This document shows positions 35,853 through 48,170 of a stretch of 64,000 nucleotides of DNA, piece by piece. The translations under genes were made by a program, and so were the position numbers. Within the stretch, counting starts at the first letter, position 1, and each line of letters starts with the position of its first letter. The notes beneath the pieces are model-generated. The model did not search any database, had not been told where the DNA came from, and saw nothing but the letters and a program-made list of their open reading frames with translations. The DNA is taken from assembly GCF_028641065.1 (NCBI RefSeq), contig NC_073382.1:81282001-81346000 (forward strand), in the 5' to 3' direction. The stretch is from Leucoraja erinacea. Taxonomy: Eukaryota.

Positions 35853-37554
35853 CTATTGCACTTGGCAGCTGCGAGGAGCTAGTATCTTTGGCTGCTTTCA
35901 CCACATCTGCCCACAGCTCCAGCCCTCTTCTGCCATCTATTTATCTAACCTGCAGGTTGTGGGGAAGAGCGTAACGTACATAAATTCATAAATTTCATGT
36001 CACAGGAGCATTCAGCCCATCAAGTCTACTCCGCCATTCAATCATGGCAGATCTATCACTCCTTCCTAACCCCATTCTCCTGCCATCTCCCCATAACCTC
36101 TGACACCCGTACTGATCAAGAATCTATCTATCTCTGCCTTCACGGCCTTTGCAGCCGTCTGTGACAAAGAATTCCACAGATTCACCACCCTCTGACTAAA
36201 GAAATTCCTCCTCAACTCCTTCCTAAAAGAACATCCTTTAATTCTGAGGCCGTGACCTCTGGTCCTATACTCTGCCACTAGTGGAAACATCCTCTCCACA
36301 TCCACTCTATCCAAGCCTTTCACTATTCTGTAAGTCTGTGGAATTCTCTACCTCAGAGGGCAGTGGAGGCCGGTTCTCTGGATGCTTTCAAGAGAGCTAG
36401 TTAGGGCTCTTAAAGATAGTGGAGTCAGGGGATATGGGGAGAAGGCAGGAATGGGACCATGATCACATTTAATGGCTCGAAAGGCCAAATGGCCTACTCC
36501 TGAGCCTATTGTGTATTGTCTATTGTCTATTGTACCTTTTCAATGAGATCCCCCCTCATTCTTCTAAACTCCAGCGAGCACTGACCCAGTGCCGTCAAAC
36601 GCTCATCATAGGTTAATCCGCTCATTCCTGGGATCATTCCCGTACAAGTAAGTAAACTACAGGCCCACCACCGACATTCCGGCAACCAGCGGGCCGGCAC
36701 CTCTTTTAATCCGGACAAATTTACGAGAGCGAGTTTGAAATCCCCCTGGAAGTCCCCCCGGAAATGTGGCCACCAGGCCGGGTGAGCCGGCCGATCTCCA
36801 CCTCATCGGGACTTCCGAATCTGCCCCCTGCTGCCGAGGCCCAGTCGAGGGCCGGCAGATCCGTTCCCATAGCCGACTATCGAGGCCGACTTTGCAGGCC
36901 GGTATCTCGGCCTCTCGGCGGCCTAGGCGGAAGGTTCCGGTACCGTTGGACTCCTCTTGGAGGCCGTGGCCTCTGTTGGTGCGGCAACGTGGTCCGGCAA
37001 CATCTCACCAGGGACTAACTTTACTGTACCACTCTACTGCTTTTTTAAAAATTGCTGTTTTTTCCCCTTTTTCCTTCCACCCACAATATTTAATATGTAA
37101 AAGAATATGTAATTCTGTTCCATTCTGTTTGTAGTTTGTTTGGTTGTTTGTTTGTTTGTCCTTTTGCACAAAGTCCGCGAGCATTGCCAATTTTCATTTC
37201 ACTGCACATCTCGTATGTGTATGTGATGAATAAACTTGACTTGACTTGACTTGACCTTGACTTGACTTGACCCAGAAAGGCTCTGGAACCAAAGGTGCCG
37301 GAAAATCAGTGGTGGAGTTAAGAGTCACGAGTGTTTTATTGTCACATGAAATTCTTACTTGCTGCAGTACAACAGAATATGTGAATATGTCAACATTGTA
37401 TATAACGGGTGGAAAGAAGAAAAAGTTCAATAAATACTACTTGTTATTGCCGATCGTGCACTACTGCCGAGTAAGGGATTACAGAATGCTCGAGGATCAT
37501 TGTATAAGTAGTAGGGACAAAGAACTGCAGATGCTGGTTAATACACAAAAGGAC

Positions 37555-37836
37555 ACAAAGTTCTGGAGTAACTCAGCGGGTCAGGCAGCATCTGTGGAGA
37601 ACATGGTTAGGTGACGTTTCACAGAGTGCTGGAGTAACTCAGCGGGTCAGGCAGCATCTGTGGAGAACATGGTAGGTGACGTTTCACAGAGTGCTGGAGT
37701 AACTCAGCGGGTCAGGCAGCATCTGTGGAGAACGTGGATAGGTGACGTTTCACAGAGTGCTGGAGTAACTCAGCGGGTCAGGCAACATCTGTGGAGAACG
37801 TGGATAGGTGACGGTTCACAGAGTGCTGGAGTAACT
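37555..37836. repeat. Same 66-bp tandem repeat, ~4 copies
   Basis: Near-identical unit to the 30.7-kb array. Confidence 0.9.
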
Positions 37837-37873
37837 TGGTGTACTATCTTTGCGTATTAACCTTTTCTCCAGA

Positions 37874-38141
37874 AACAGGCCCTTAGGCCCACCGAGTCTG
37901 TGCTGACCAGCGATCACCCCATACACTAGCACTATGATACACCAGTGACAATTTACAGAAGCCCATTAGCCTGCAAACCCGCACGTCTTTGGAGTGTGGG
38001 GGGGAAACCGAAGCACCCGGAGAAAACCCACGCGGTCACAGGGAGGAACGTACAAACTCCATACAGACAGCACCCGAGGTCAGGAACGAACCCGGGTCTC
38101 TGATGCTGTGAGGCAGCAACTCTACCGTTGCGCCACCGTGC
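37874..38141 (-). mobile_element. V-SINE (HE1-like)
   Basis: Same family motifs. Confidence 0.8.
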
Positions 38142-38333
38142 CTCCAGAGGTGACGAGTTTAACTTGGCAGAAGATACGATAGAACTTTTTTTATCCCAGG
38201 AGGGAAATCGATCTGCCAACAGTCATAAAAACACAAGATACATGAAACATGAAATTAAAGTGACAAGTGAAAGGATTGGGGGATGTGCAAAGATTGGGCG
38301 GTGGAGTGTCTCAGTCTCAGTCTACCCCACGAC

Positions 38334-38772
38334 AGAATGGAGCGGCTGGGCTTGTACACTCTGGAGTTTAGAAGAACGAGAGGGGATCTTATTGAAACAT
38401 ATAGATTATTAAGGGTTTGGAGACGCTAGAGGCAGGAAACATGTTCCCGATGTTGGGGGAGTCCAGAACCAGGGGCCACAGTTTAAGAATAAGGGGTAAG
38501 CCATTTAGAACAGAGACGAGGAAACACTTTTTCATCCAGAGAGTTGTGAGTCTGTGGAATTCTCTGCCTCAGAGGGCGGTGGAGGCCGGTTCTCTGGATA
38601 CTTTCAAGAGAGAGCTAGATAGGGCTCTTAAAGATAGCGGAGTCAGCGGATATGGGGAGAAGGCAGGAACGGGGCACTGATTGGGGATGATCAGCCATGA
38701 TCACATTGAATGCGGTGCTGGCTCGAAGGGCCGAATGGCCTACTCCTGCACCTATTGTCTATTGACTATTGA
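38334..38772 (+). mobile_element. CR1 LINE 3' fragment, (TATTGTC)n-tail subfamily
   Basis: ORF2 C-terminus. Relatives at 29390-29793, 43380-43778, 46408-47040, 48594-48927, 51570-51990, 52243-52673, 54605-55100, 55500-55900 and 59907-60405. Confidence 0.9.
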
Positions 38773-39379
38773 CTAGAAGGGGGAGGGGTTGTACAGTTTG
38801 ATAGCCACAGGGAAGAAGGATCTCCTGTGGCGTTGTGTGCTGCATCTTGGTGCAACCAGACTGTTGCTGAAGGTGCTCCTCAGGTTGACCAGTGTGTCAT
38901 GGAGGGGGTGAGCTGTATTGTCCAGGATGCTCCGCAGTTTGAGGAGACCAAGACCAAACCTCCTGTGAATCCAACTCCGACTCCAGCCCCCCGGGGCGGA
39001 GCCGGCCTTCCCGATGAGCCAGTGTGGGTACAGTAGTATGTGGAGCACGGAAGATGCGGGCCGAAGGGCCTGTCCCTGGGTCTGTTTTCCAGTCCCTGCC
39101 TTTTCAAGTGTGGGTTAACGATGCTTGTGAATCACGGTGTGAGTCTCGGAAGCAGGTTGACAAAGTGCCAACGATGTACGTTCTAAAGAGGAACAGAGAC
39201 ATGCTCGACAAGGCAGCTTGTTCCTGCGGCATCTCACGCAATGATGTGTTGCCAGCATGTATTTTAAACCAGGGAGAGGTGGCAGACTCTGTCCAGCGGT
39301 GGGGGTGGGGGGTGCAAGGGAATTTAAACCGTTGCCCCTCCCACACCGACTTTAATCTTGCAGCTGGGAGCTGCTTTCT

Positions 39380-39625
39380 NNNNNNNNNNNNNNNNNNNNN
39401 NNNNNNNNNNNNNNNNNNNNNNNNNNNNNNNNNNNNNNNNNNNNNNNNNNNNNNNNNNNNNNNNNNNNNNNNNNNNNNNNNNNNNNNNNNNNNNNNNNNN
39501 NNNNNNNNNNNNNNNNNNNNNNNNNNNNNNNNNNNNNNNNNNNNNNNNNNNNNNNNNNNNNNNNNNNNNNNNNNNNNNNNNNNNNNNNNNNNNNNNNNNN
39601 NNNNNNNNNNNNNNNNNNNNNNNNN
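39380..39625. other. Assembly gap (246 N)
   Basis: Run of N. Confidence 1.
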
Positions 39626-42192
39626 CCTCTCCTCTCTCCTCTCATCTCCCCCCTTCTCCTCTCCCTGTCTCCTCGTCTCTCCTCTCTCTCTCTCCTCTCC
39701 TATCCTCCTCCCTCTCCCTCTCCTCGCCTACCCTCCAATCCTCTCTTTTCCTTCCCTCTCCTCCTCTCCCCCCCCATCCCCCTCTCATCTCCTCCCCCCC
39801 CCCCCCCCCCCCTCCCCCCTCCCCCCCCCCCCCCCCCCCCCCCCCCACATCCTACCCCCCTGCACCCCCCCCCCAACCCCCCCCCCCCCCCCCCCCGTGT
39901 GGATCACACTGCCCCGCCACAGGTAAGCAAAGACTTCATCGCTCTGGGGATTTGTGGGGGGTAGCGACCTGAACCTGTGACAGGATGGTTCGTAGCTGGA
40001 GGGAGGGTGAGGGGAGGGGAGGGGGAGAGGGGGGGGTGAGGAGAGTGGGGAGAGGGAGTGGGGAGAGGGAGTGGGGAGGGGGGGGTGGGGGCGTAGGGTT
40101 GGAGGGACCTGGATAAATGGATGCAGTTGGAATGGTGAAGGGGGGAAGGGGGGGGGGCAGGGCAGTGCCAATATAGCAGCATGTTGTAGATGGGCTGAAT
40201 GGCCTGTTAGTGTGCGGGTGGCAGATGGGGCAGTCGGAGGAGAGGCTGGAGTTACACAGGAAGATCCCAGGTACATGAGCTTGGATGTGGCAGGATGAAC
40301 CAGGATAGCGCGGCACCTCCTCACCACACCACCCCCCCCCCCCCCCCCCCCAGTGTGACCTTCACTCACCCCAGCCCCTCCCCCCCCCCCCTCCCCCTCA
40401 CCCTCGCCCCCCCTCTCATCCCCGCCCCCCCCCCCCCACCCCACCCCCCCCCCTCACCCCCCCCCCTCCCCCCCCCCCCCCCCTCACCCTCGCCCCCCCC
40501 TAGAGCATGGTACTCCCTCACCCCTGCCTCACCACCCTCCCCCCCCTCACCACTGCCCCATCCTAAGGGCAACCTTTCCACACAGAGGGCGGTGGGTGTA
40601 CGGAACGAGGCAGTTGGCAGAGATTCTCACAACATTTAAAATACATTTGGGCAGGTACATGGATAGGACCGGTTTGGAGGGATCTGGGCCGAACGCAGGC
40701 AGGTGGGACTTGCATTGATGGGGCATGTTGGTTAGTATGGATGAGTCGGGCCGAAGGGCCTGTGCCCGTGCTGTGTGACTCCCCTCCTCTCTCCCACGTC
40801 CTTTTGCTTCGGCTCGAAGTAGAGACTCCTGGCATGGACTTGGGAGTCGGAGACAGGGATTAGATGATTTTTTGTTTTAATTGTCATGTGTACCGTGGTA
40901 CAGTGAAAAGCTTTTGTTACATGCTGACCAGTCAGCGGAAAAACAATACATGATTACAATCGAGCCATCCACAGTGTACAGATTCAGGATAAGGGAATAA
41001 CGTTTAGTGCAAGGTAAAGCCAGCAAAGTCCGATCGAGATAGATTCAAGATTCAAGAGAGTTTATTGTCATGTGTTCCAGATAGGACAATGAAATTCTTG
41101 CTTTGCTTCAGCTCAACAGACTATAGTAGGCATAAATAAATACAGAACAGATCAGTGTGTCAATATACCATTGAATATATATATATATACACACATAAAT
41201 AAACCTATAAACAGGTAGACACAAACTGCTGGAGTAACTCAGCGGGTCAGGCAACATCTCTGGAGAGAAGGAATGGGTGATATTTCGGGTCGAGACCCTT
41301 CTTCAGAGTTACTCCAGCATGTCGTGTCTATCTTCGATTGTAACCAGCGTCTGCAGTTCCTTCCCACACAAAGGGCAGTGGTATGAATATTGATTTCTCT
41401 CACTTCAGGTAGCCCCGGCATTCCCTCTCTCTCTATCCCTCCCCCACACAAGTCGCACCAGCTTCTTGTTCTCATCCAGCAAACCGCTAACAATGGCCCG
41501 TTTACTTTCTCATCGTGCCTTTTTTTGCATATCTTTCATTCATTGTTCTTTATCTCTCCACATCACCAGCTATATCTCTCGTTTCCCTTATCCCTAACCA
41601 GTCTGAACAAGGGTCTCGACCCGAAACGTCACCCATTCCTTCTCTCCAGAGATGCTGCCTGTCCCGCTGAGTTACTCCAGCATTGTGTGTCTGTCAGGGG
41701 ATAGTCAGAGGGTCTCCAGTGAGGTAGCGGGTAGTTCAGGGCTGCAGTTAGGGGGAAAGGGCGCCCCTCTATCTCTCTCCCCCCCCCCCCCCCTTACTGG
41801 ACCTGCCCCCCTCCCCCAGCCAGGGGCGGTCTCTGCACGTGATGGACGCGGCTGGACAGCAATGGTCAGCGGACAGCTGGTGGCCAAAATTAGCCCGGGA
41901 CTTATTCCGGGAATTGGTTTATCCACGGGGGGAGGTGGGGGTGGGAGGGGGAGAGGAGGCCGGGACAGAGCAGGATCATTTCCTGCCCCCCCCCCCCCCC
42001 CCCCCACCCTCCACCCCTCTCTCTGACTGACTCTGAGGCTCTGGAGAGGGACGAGGGGAAGGGGGGAGATGGGAAGGGTCGCCTTGAATGACAGACACCC
42101 CTCCCAAGGTCAATCCATTCCCCATTCCCCATCCCACCTCTCCCTCTCTCGCTCCTTCTCTCCCTCCCTCCCTCTCTCGCTCCCTCACTCCC

Positions 42193-42352
42193 NNNNNNNN
42201 NNNNNNNNNNNNNNNNNNNNNNNNNNNNNNNNNNNNNNNNNNNNNNNNNNNNNNNNNNNNNNNNNNNNNNNNNNNNNNNNNNNNNNNNNNNNNNNNNNNN
42301 NNNNNNNNNNNNNNNNNNNNNNNNNNNNNNNNNNNNNNNNNNNNNNNNNNNN
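42193..42352. other. Assembly gap (160 N)
   Basis: Run of N. Confidence 1.
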
Positions 42353-42871
42353 TCCCCCTTCTCCTCCCCCTCTCTCTCCCTCCCTCTCTCTCCCTCTCCC
42401 TTCCCCTTCTCCGCCCCCCCATCATCCCTCCCTCCCTCCCCAGACCCCCCCCCCACACACCCACACCCCCTCTCTCACTCCCTCCCCCCCCGGATAAAAA
42501 TATCCACGGTCCCTCCTCCCTCCCACTCTCCCATCTCTCGTCTCCCCTCCCCCCTCTCTCCCTCTCGACCCGAAACTCCCTCCCCCCCACAGATCTCCCT
42601 GACCTACTGAGTTACTCCACACCCTCTCCCCATCCCCAGATCTCCTGACGCCACCCAGCATCATATCTCTGCACACACCCCTGACACAACAGCCCCTCCC
42701 AAGACCCCCCCCCCCCACACACACACATTCACCCACGACTCTCTCAATCTGCCCACACACCCCCTGATAAAAATATCCACGGTCCAGAATTAGACTGGGA
42801 ATGTGTGGATCGTTCCGGGAAATCAGCCCACATCAACAAAGACCATCTCTCGATCTCCCTCTCCCCCGACT

Positions 42872-43163
42872 CTAGAGTTGCTGCCTTACAGCGAATGCAG
42901 CCCCGGAGACCCGGGTTCGAACCCGACTACGGGCGCTGTCTGTATGGAGTTTGTACGTTCTCCCCGTGACCTGTGTGGGTTTTCTCCGAGATGTTCAGTT
43001 TCCTCCCACACTCCAAAGACGTACAGGCTTGCAGGTTAATTGACTTGGGGTAAATGTAAGTTGTCCCTAGTGGGTGTAGGATAGTGTTAGTGTGCGGGGA
43101 TCGCTGGTCGGCGCGGACCCGGAGGGCCAAAGGGCCTTTTTCCACGCTGTATCTCTAAACTAA
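42872..43163 (+). mobile_element. V-SINE (HE1-like)
   Basis: Same family motifs. Confidence 0.8.
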
Positions 43164-43878
43164 ATACATGATTACAATCGAGTCATTCACAGTGTACAGA
43201 TACATGAGGAGGTAGTTGAGGCATGAACTATCACATTTAAAAGATACTTGGACAGGTACATGGCTAGGACAGGTTGACAGGTGTTTTTCCCAAATACGTC
43301 AGGTGGGACTGGTGTAGATGGGACATGTTGGTCGGTATGGGCAAGTTGGGCTGAAGGGCCAGTTTCTGCGCAGTATCATTCTGGAGTTCAGAAGGATGAG
43401 AGGGTATCATATTGAAACATATAAGATTGTTAAGGGCTTGGACACGCTAGAGGCAGGAAACATGTTCCCGATGTTGGGGGAGTCCAGAACCAGGGGCCAC
43501 AGTTTAAGTATAAGGGGTAAGCCATTTAGAACGGAGACGAGGAAACACTTTTTCTCACAGAGAGTTGTGAGTCTGTGGAATGCTCTGCCTCAGAGGCCGG
43601 TTCTCTGGATATTTTCAAGAGTGAGCTAGATAGGGCTCTTAAAGATAGCGGAGTCAGGGGATATGGGGAGAAGGCAGGAACGGGGTACTGATTGGGAATG
43701 ATCAGCCATGATCACATTGATTGGCGGTGCTGGCTCGAAGGGCCGAATGGCCGACTCCTACACCTCTTGTCTATTGTTTCTGCGCTATGACTACGAGTAT
43801 AATGAAGATGGGCCGAAGGGCCAGTTGAGTTGCAGTGTGACTGTGTTGTTGTGTCCACAGGTGCGTGTGGCCGGAGTG

Positions 43879-44448
43879 ATGGTGACCATCCGAGTGATGC
43901 TGCTGGGCAGTGAGCTGGTGGGCAAGACCTCGCTGGTGGTCTGCTTGACCACCCGCCTCTTCCCCCGTGACAGCCTGCCCACGGTCTTCGACTCCTTCAG
44001 CACGCAGCTGCGCCTGGGCGAGCGGACGGTGGTGCTGAACGTGTGGGACACGGCTTCGCAGGAGGAGCACCGCCTGTCCGTGCGCCAGTTCTACTACCCG
44101 CTGGCCGACATCTTCCTCATCTGCTTCTCCATCGGCGACCCCTCCTCCTTCGAGCGGGTGTGGGCCGACTGGTACCGCGAGGTGCGCCAGCACCGGCCCG
44201 ACGTGCCCGTGCTCCTGGTGGGCACCAAGAAGGACCTCCGGCAAGAACAGGCCGCCGCCGGCCAGCGCCAGGCCGCGCCCGTCTCCTACCAGCAGGGGGC
44301 CCGGCTGGCCCGCAGGATGAGGGCCGTCAAGTATCTGGAATGTTCCGCCCTGCAGCGGGAGGGGGTGGGCGAGGTCTTCGAAGAGGCCGCCAGGGCCGTC
44401 TTGAGGGGGGGGCGCTCCAAACGCACCCGATCCTGCGTGCTGACGTGA
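43879..44448 (+). CDS. RhoG-like small GTPase, atypical, 189 aa, single coding exon
   Basis: Acceptor GTGTCCACAG|43861, ATG 43879. GxxxVGKT, PTVFD, WDTA.QEE, LLVGTKKDLR, YLECSALQ and C-terminal RSCVLT; collinear with RhoG. Confidence 0.9.
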   Translation: MVTIRVMLLGSELVGKTSLVVCLTTRLFPRDSLPTVFDSFSTQLRLGERTVVLNVWDTASQEEHRLSVRQFYYPLADIFLICFSIGDPSSFERVWADWYREVRQHRPDVPVLLVGTKKDLRQEQAAAGQRQAAPVSYQQGARLARRMRAVKYLECSALQREGVGEVFEEAARAVLRGGRSKRTRSCVLT

Positions 44449-45637
44449 CCCCCCCCCCCCCCCCCCCCCCCTCTCCTCCCCCCCCCCCCCCCCCCCTATA
44501 ATGTTACCAGGACTGCAGGGAGAGGTTCAACACAATTGGGACTATATTCATCAGAGGATGATTCAGTTCAGTTTAGTCTATCGTCCCGTGTACCGAGGTA
44601 CAGTGAAAAGCATTTGTTGCGTGCTAACCAGTCAGCGGAAAGACAATACATGATTACAATCGAGCCGTCCACAGTGTACAGATACAGGATAAAGGGAATA
44701 ACGTTTCGTGCAAAATAACTCCGATCAAGGATAGTCCGAAGGGGTCTCCAATGAGTTAGCTGGTAGTCCAGGGCGATCTTAACGAGGTGGATAAAATCAT
44801 GAGGGGAATAGATCGGGTAGACGCACAGAGTCTCTTGGCCAGAGTAGGGGAAGCGAGGACCAGAGGACATAGGTTAATGGTGAGAGGGGAAAGATTTAGT
44901 AGGAACTCGAGAGGTAACGTTTTCCACACAGAGGGTGGTGGATGTATGGAACAAGCTGGCAGAGGAGGTGGTTGAGGCTGGGACTATCGCAACGTTTAAG
45001 AAACATTTGGACAGGTACATGGATAGGACAGGTTTGGAGGGATATGGGCCAAACGCAGGCGGGTGAGACTAGTGTAGATGTTGGTCAGTGTGGGCAAGTT
45101 GGGCCGAAGGGCCTGTTCCCATGCTGGGTGACAATGTGGAAACAGGCCCCTCATTAATGTCGCTAGAAATGAACCAATCTCCCAGTTTCCTAAACCCTTC
45201 AGAAGGGTCCCGACCCGAAACATTCTCCAGAGATGCTGGTCCCGAGATGCTGCCCGACCTGCTGAGTTACTCCAGCACTCGAAACGTTCTCCACAGATGC
45301 TGCCTGACCCACTGAGTTACTCCAGCACTCTGTGAAACGTCATCTATCTACGTTCATCAGTGTCGGCAGGGATAAGTTTGGCCAAAGAGCCTGTTTACGT
45401 GTTGTATGACTCTGTGACTCTCAAAGGGTTATGGGGGTTTTCTAACAGTTTGCAGTGCTCTTAGGGCGAAGCCATTCTGCCTGTCAAGCCTGTGCTATCC
45501 CTATGAGAGAGAGTTGTTCGCCCAAAGTTCTTGCCATTGGTTGTCTGCCAAATTGGCTTAAAGATTGACTCATCTTGCAGCCGATGGAATAACAGAAACT
45601 TCTAGAAACACTCGTGGGTGGGGGGGGGGGGGGGGGC

Positions 45638-45948
45638 TGGTGGCGCACCGGTAGAGTTGCTGCCTCACAGCGCCAGAGACCTGGGTTCAATCCTGACCAC
45701 GGGTGCTGTCTGTACGGATATTGCACGTTCTCCCCGTGACATGCATGGGATTTCTCCGAGCTCTCCGGTTTCCTCCCACACTTCAAAGACGTGCAGGTTT
45801 GTAGGTTAATTGGCTTGGTGTAAATGTGAATTGTCCCTGGTGTGCGTGTGGGATAGTGTGAATGTGCGGGGATCGCTGGTCGGTCCGGACTCGATGGGCC
45901 GAAAGGCCTGCTTCCACGCTGTTTCTCAAAACTCACCTAAACTAAACT
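45638..45948 (+). mobile_element. V-SINE (HE1-like)
   Basis: Same family motifs with a (CTAAA)n tail. Confidence 0.8.
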
Positions 45949-47954
45949 ACTCAGCAGGTCGGGCAGCATCTACTGGGTGGGAATAAATGAAGGGTTTTCG
46001 ATCTGAAACATCCCTGTCCCGATCAAGATCAGGAACGTTTAATTTTCACTTTGATCGGCAACGGAACAATGAAATTCTTTCTTGCTGCAGCTTTTACAGC
46101 CAATAATCGTAGATAAATATATAATAATCAATAATGCGATCAATAAATAGTCAGTAATAGTGCCAAACCGAAGTCCGTAGAGCAACCGCAGACACAGTCT
46201 GCAGAAAATCACAGTTCCTGAGGTTAGTGTTGGGCCTGATGGTTGCTGGTTCCTGAACCTGGAGGTCACGGTTTTCAGGCCCCTGTACCTTCTTCTCGAT
46301 GGTAGCAGCGAGATGAGAGCGTGGCCAGGTTGGTGAGGGTCTCTGACGATGCTGGCTGCCTTTTTGAGGCAGAGCCTCCTGTAGATGTTGGGAGGTCAGT
46401 ACAATAGAGAATAGACAATAGGTGCAGGAGTGGGCCATTTGGCCCTTCGAGCCAGCACATCCATTCAATGTGATCATGGCAAATTATCCCCAATCAGTAC
46501 CCCATTCCTGCCTTCTCCCCATATCCCCTGACTCCGCTATCTTTAAGAGCCCTATCTAGCTCTCTCTTGAAAGTATCCAGAGAACCAGCCTCCACCGCCC
46601 TCTGAGGCAGACAATTCCACACTCACAACTCTCTGGGTGAAAAAGTGTTTCCTCGTCTCCGTTCTAAATGGCTTACTCCTTATTCTTAAACGGTGGCCCC
46701 TGGTTCTGGACTCCCCCAACATCGGGAACATGTTTCCTGCATCTAGCGTGTCCAAGCCCTTAACAATCTTATATGTTTCAATGAGATCCTTCTAAACTCC
46801 AGAGTGTACAAGCCCAGCCGCTCCATTCTCTCAGCACATGACAGTCCCGCCATCCCGGGAATTAACCTTGTAAACCTACGCTGCATTCCCTCAATAGCAA
46901 GAATTGCCTTCCTCAAATTAGAGGGCCAAAACTGCACACAATACTCCAGGTATGGTCTCACTAGGGCTCTGTACAACTGCAGAAGGACCTCTTTGCTCCT
47001 ATATTCGATTCCTCTTGTTATAAAGGCCAACATGCCATTTGCTTACCCGTGCTGGACTAGTGTAGAAGGGGCATGTTGGCTGGTGCGGGCAAGTTGGGCC
47101 AAAGGGCAGTGTCCACCACTCTCTGTAGATCCCTTCGTTGCTGGGCGTTTGAGTCGCTGATCCAGGCCGTGATGGCCATGATGGTCAGTGTGCTCTGGAG
47201 CCTGCTCTGACCGATGGAAGTGACTGACCTACAGAGCGATGCCAAGGGTCCAATGTCCCCAACACTGCTGGCCACCTGGTGGGGGGGGACAGACACACCT
47301 GGGGAGGACACACCTGGACTCCCGCCACCCTGACCTTGAGAGAGTTGATGACCCCAGGAGAAGGGTGACCGGGGGAGGACCTCATTGCAACTTACCGAAT
47401 AGTGAAAGGCCCGGATAGAGTGGATGTGGAGAGGATGTTTCCACTAGTGGGAGAGTGTAGGACTAGAGGGCACAGCCTCAGATTTAAAGGACGTTCTTTT
47501 AGAAAGGAGATGAGGAGGAATTTCTTTAGCCAGAGGGTGCTGAATCTGTGGAATTCTTTGCCACACACATGCCAAGTCAATGGGTATCTTTAAGGCATAG
47601 ATGGATATATTCTTGATTAGTACAGGTGTCAGGGGTTATGGGGAGAAGGCAGGAGAATGGGGTTAGGAGGGAGAGATAGATCAGCCTTGATTGAATGGCT
47701 GAGTAGACTTGATGGGCCGAATGGCCTGATTCTGTTCCTATCACTTATGACCTTATGAACCCTGTGCTCCGATTGGGTGAAACCGGTTGACTTCATGTCT
47801 ACACGTCAGACGGCCTTTGCTGATTGGTCGGCAGCTCGTCACCAGTGATTGGCCGAGCAGGGTGTGATATGATTGGACATCTTTAAATCAGCGTCGCGAT
47901 TGGCCGGCTCCATCTCTTGTCTCGACAGGTGAAGGTGTGTTGTGGAAACACCTG

Positions 47955-48170
47955 GCAACATCTGCGAGCAGCTGTAAACATCTGTAGACACCTGTAAACG
48001 TCTGTAAACATCTCTAGACGCCTGTAAACAGCTGTAAACATCTCTAGACGCCTGTAAACAGCTGTAAACATCTCTAGACAGCTGTAAACATCTGCAAAAA
48101 AGGCGGTAAACAGATGTGAACATTTGTAAGGAGCTGTGAAGATCAGAAAACATCTGTAACATCTGTAAAC
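47955..48170. repeat. 10-bp-period tandem array (CTGTAAACAN variants) with 30-bp higher order
   Basis: gctgtaaaca/tctctagacg/cctgtaaaca repeated in register. Confidence 0.85.

Noticed and set aside
39024-39926. 300-aa ORF
   Set aside because: It reads through an N gap and low-complexity sequence.
43708-43878. N-terminal extension of the Rho ORF in the ORF track
   Set aside because: It is CR1-derived intron sequence upstream of the acceptor at 43860; the ATG at 43879 aligns with RhoG Met1.
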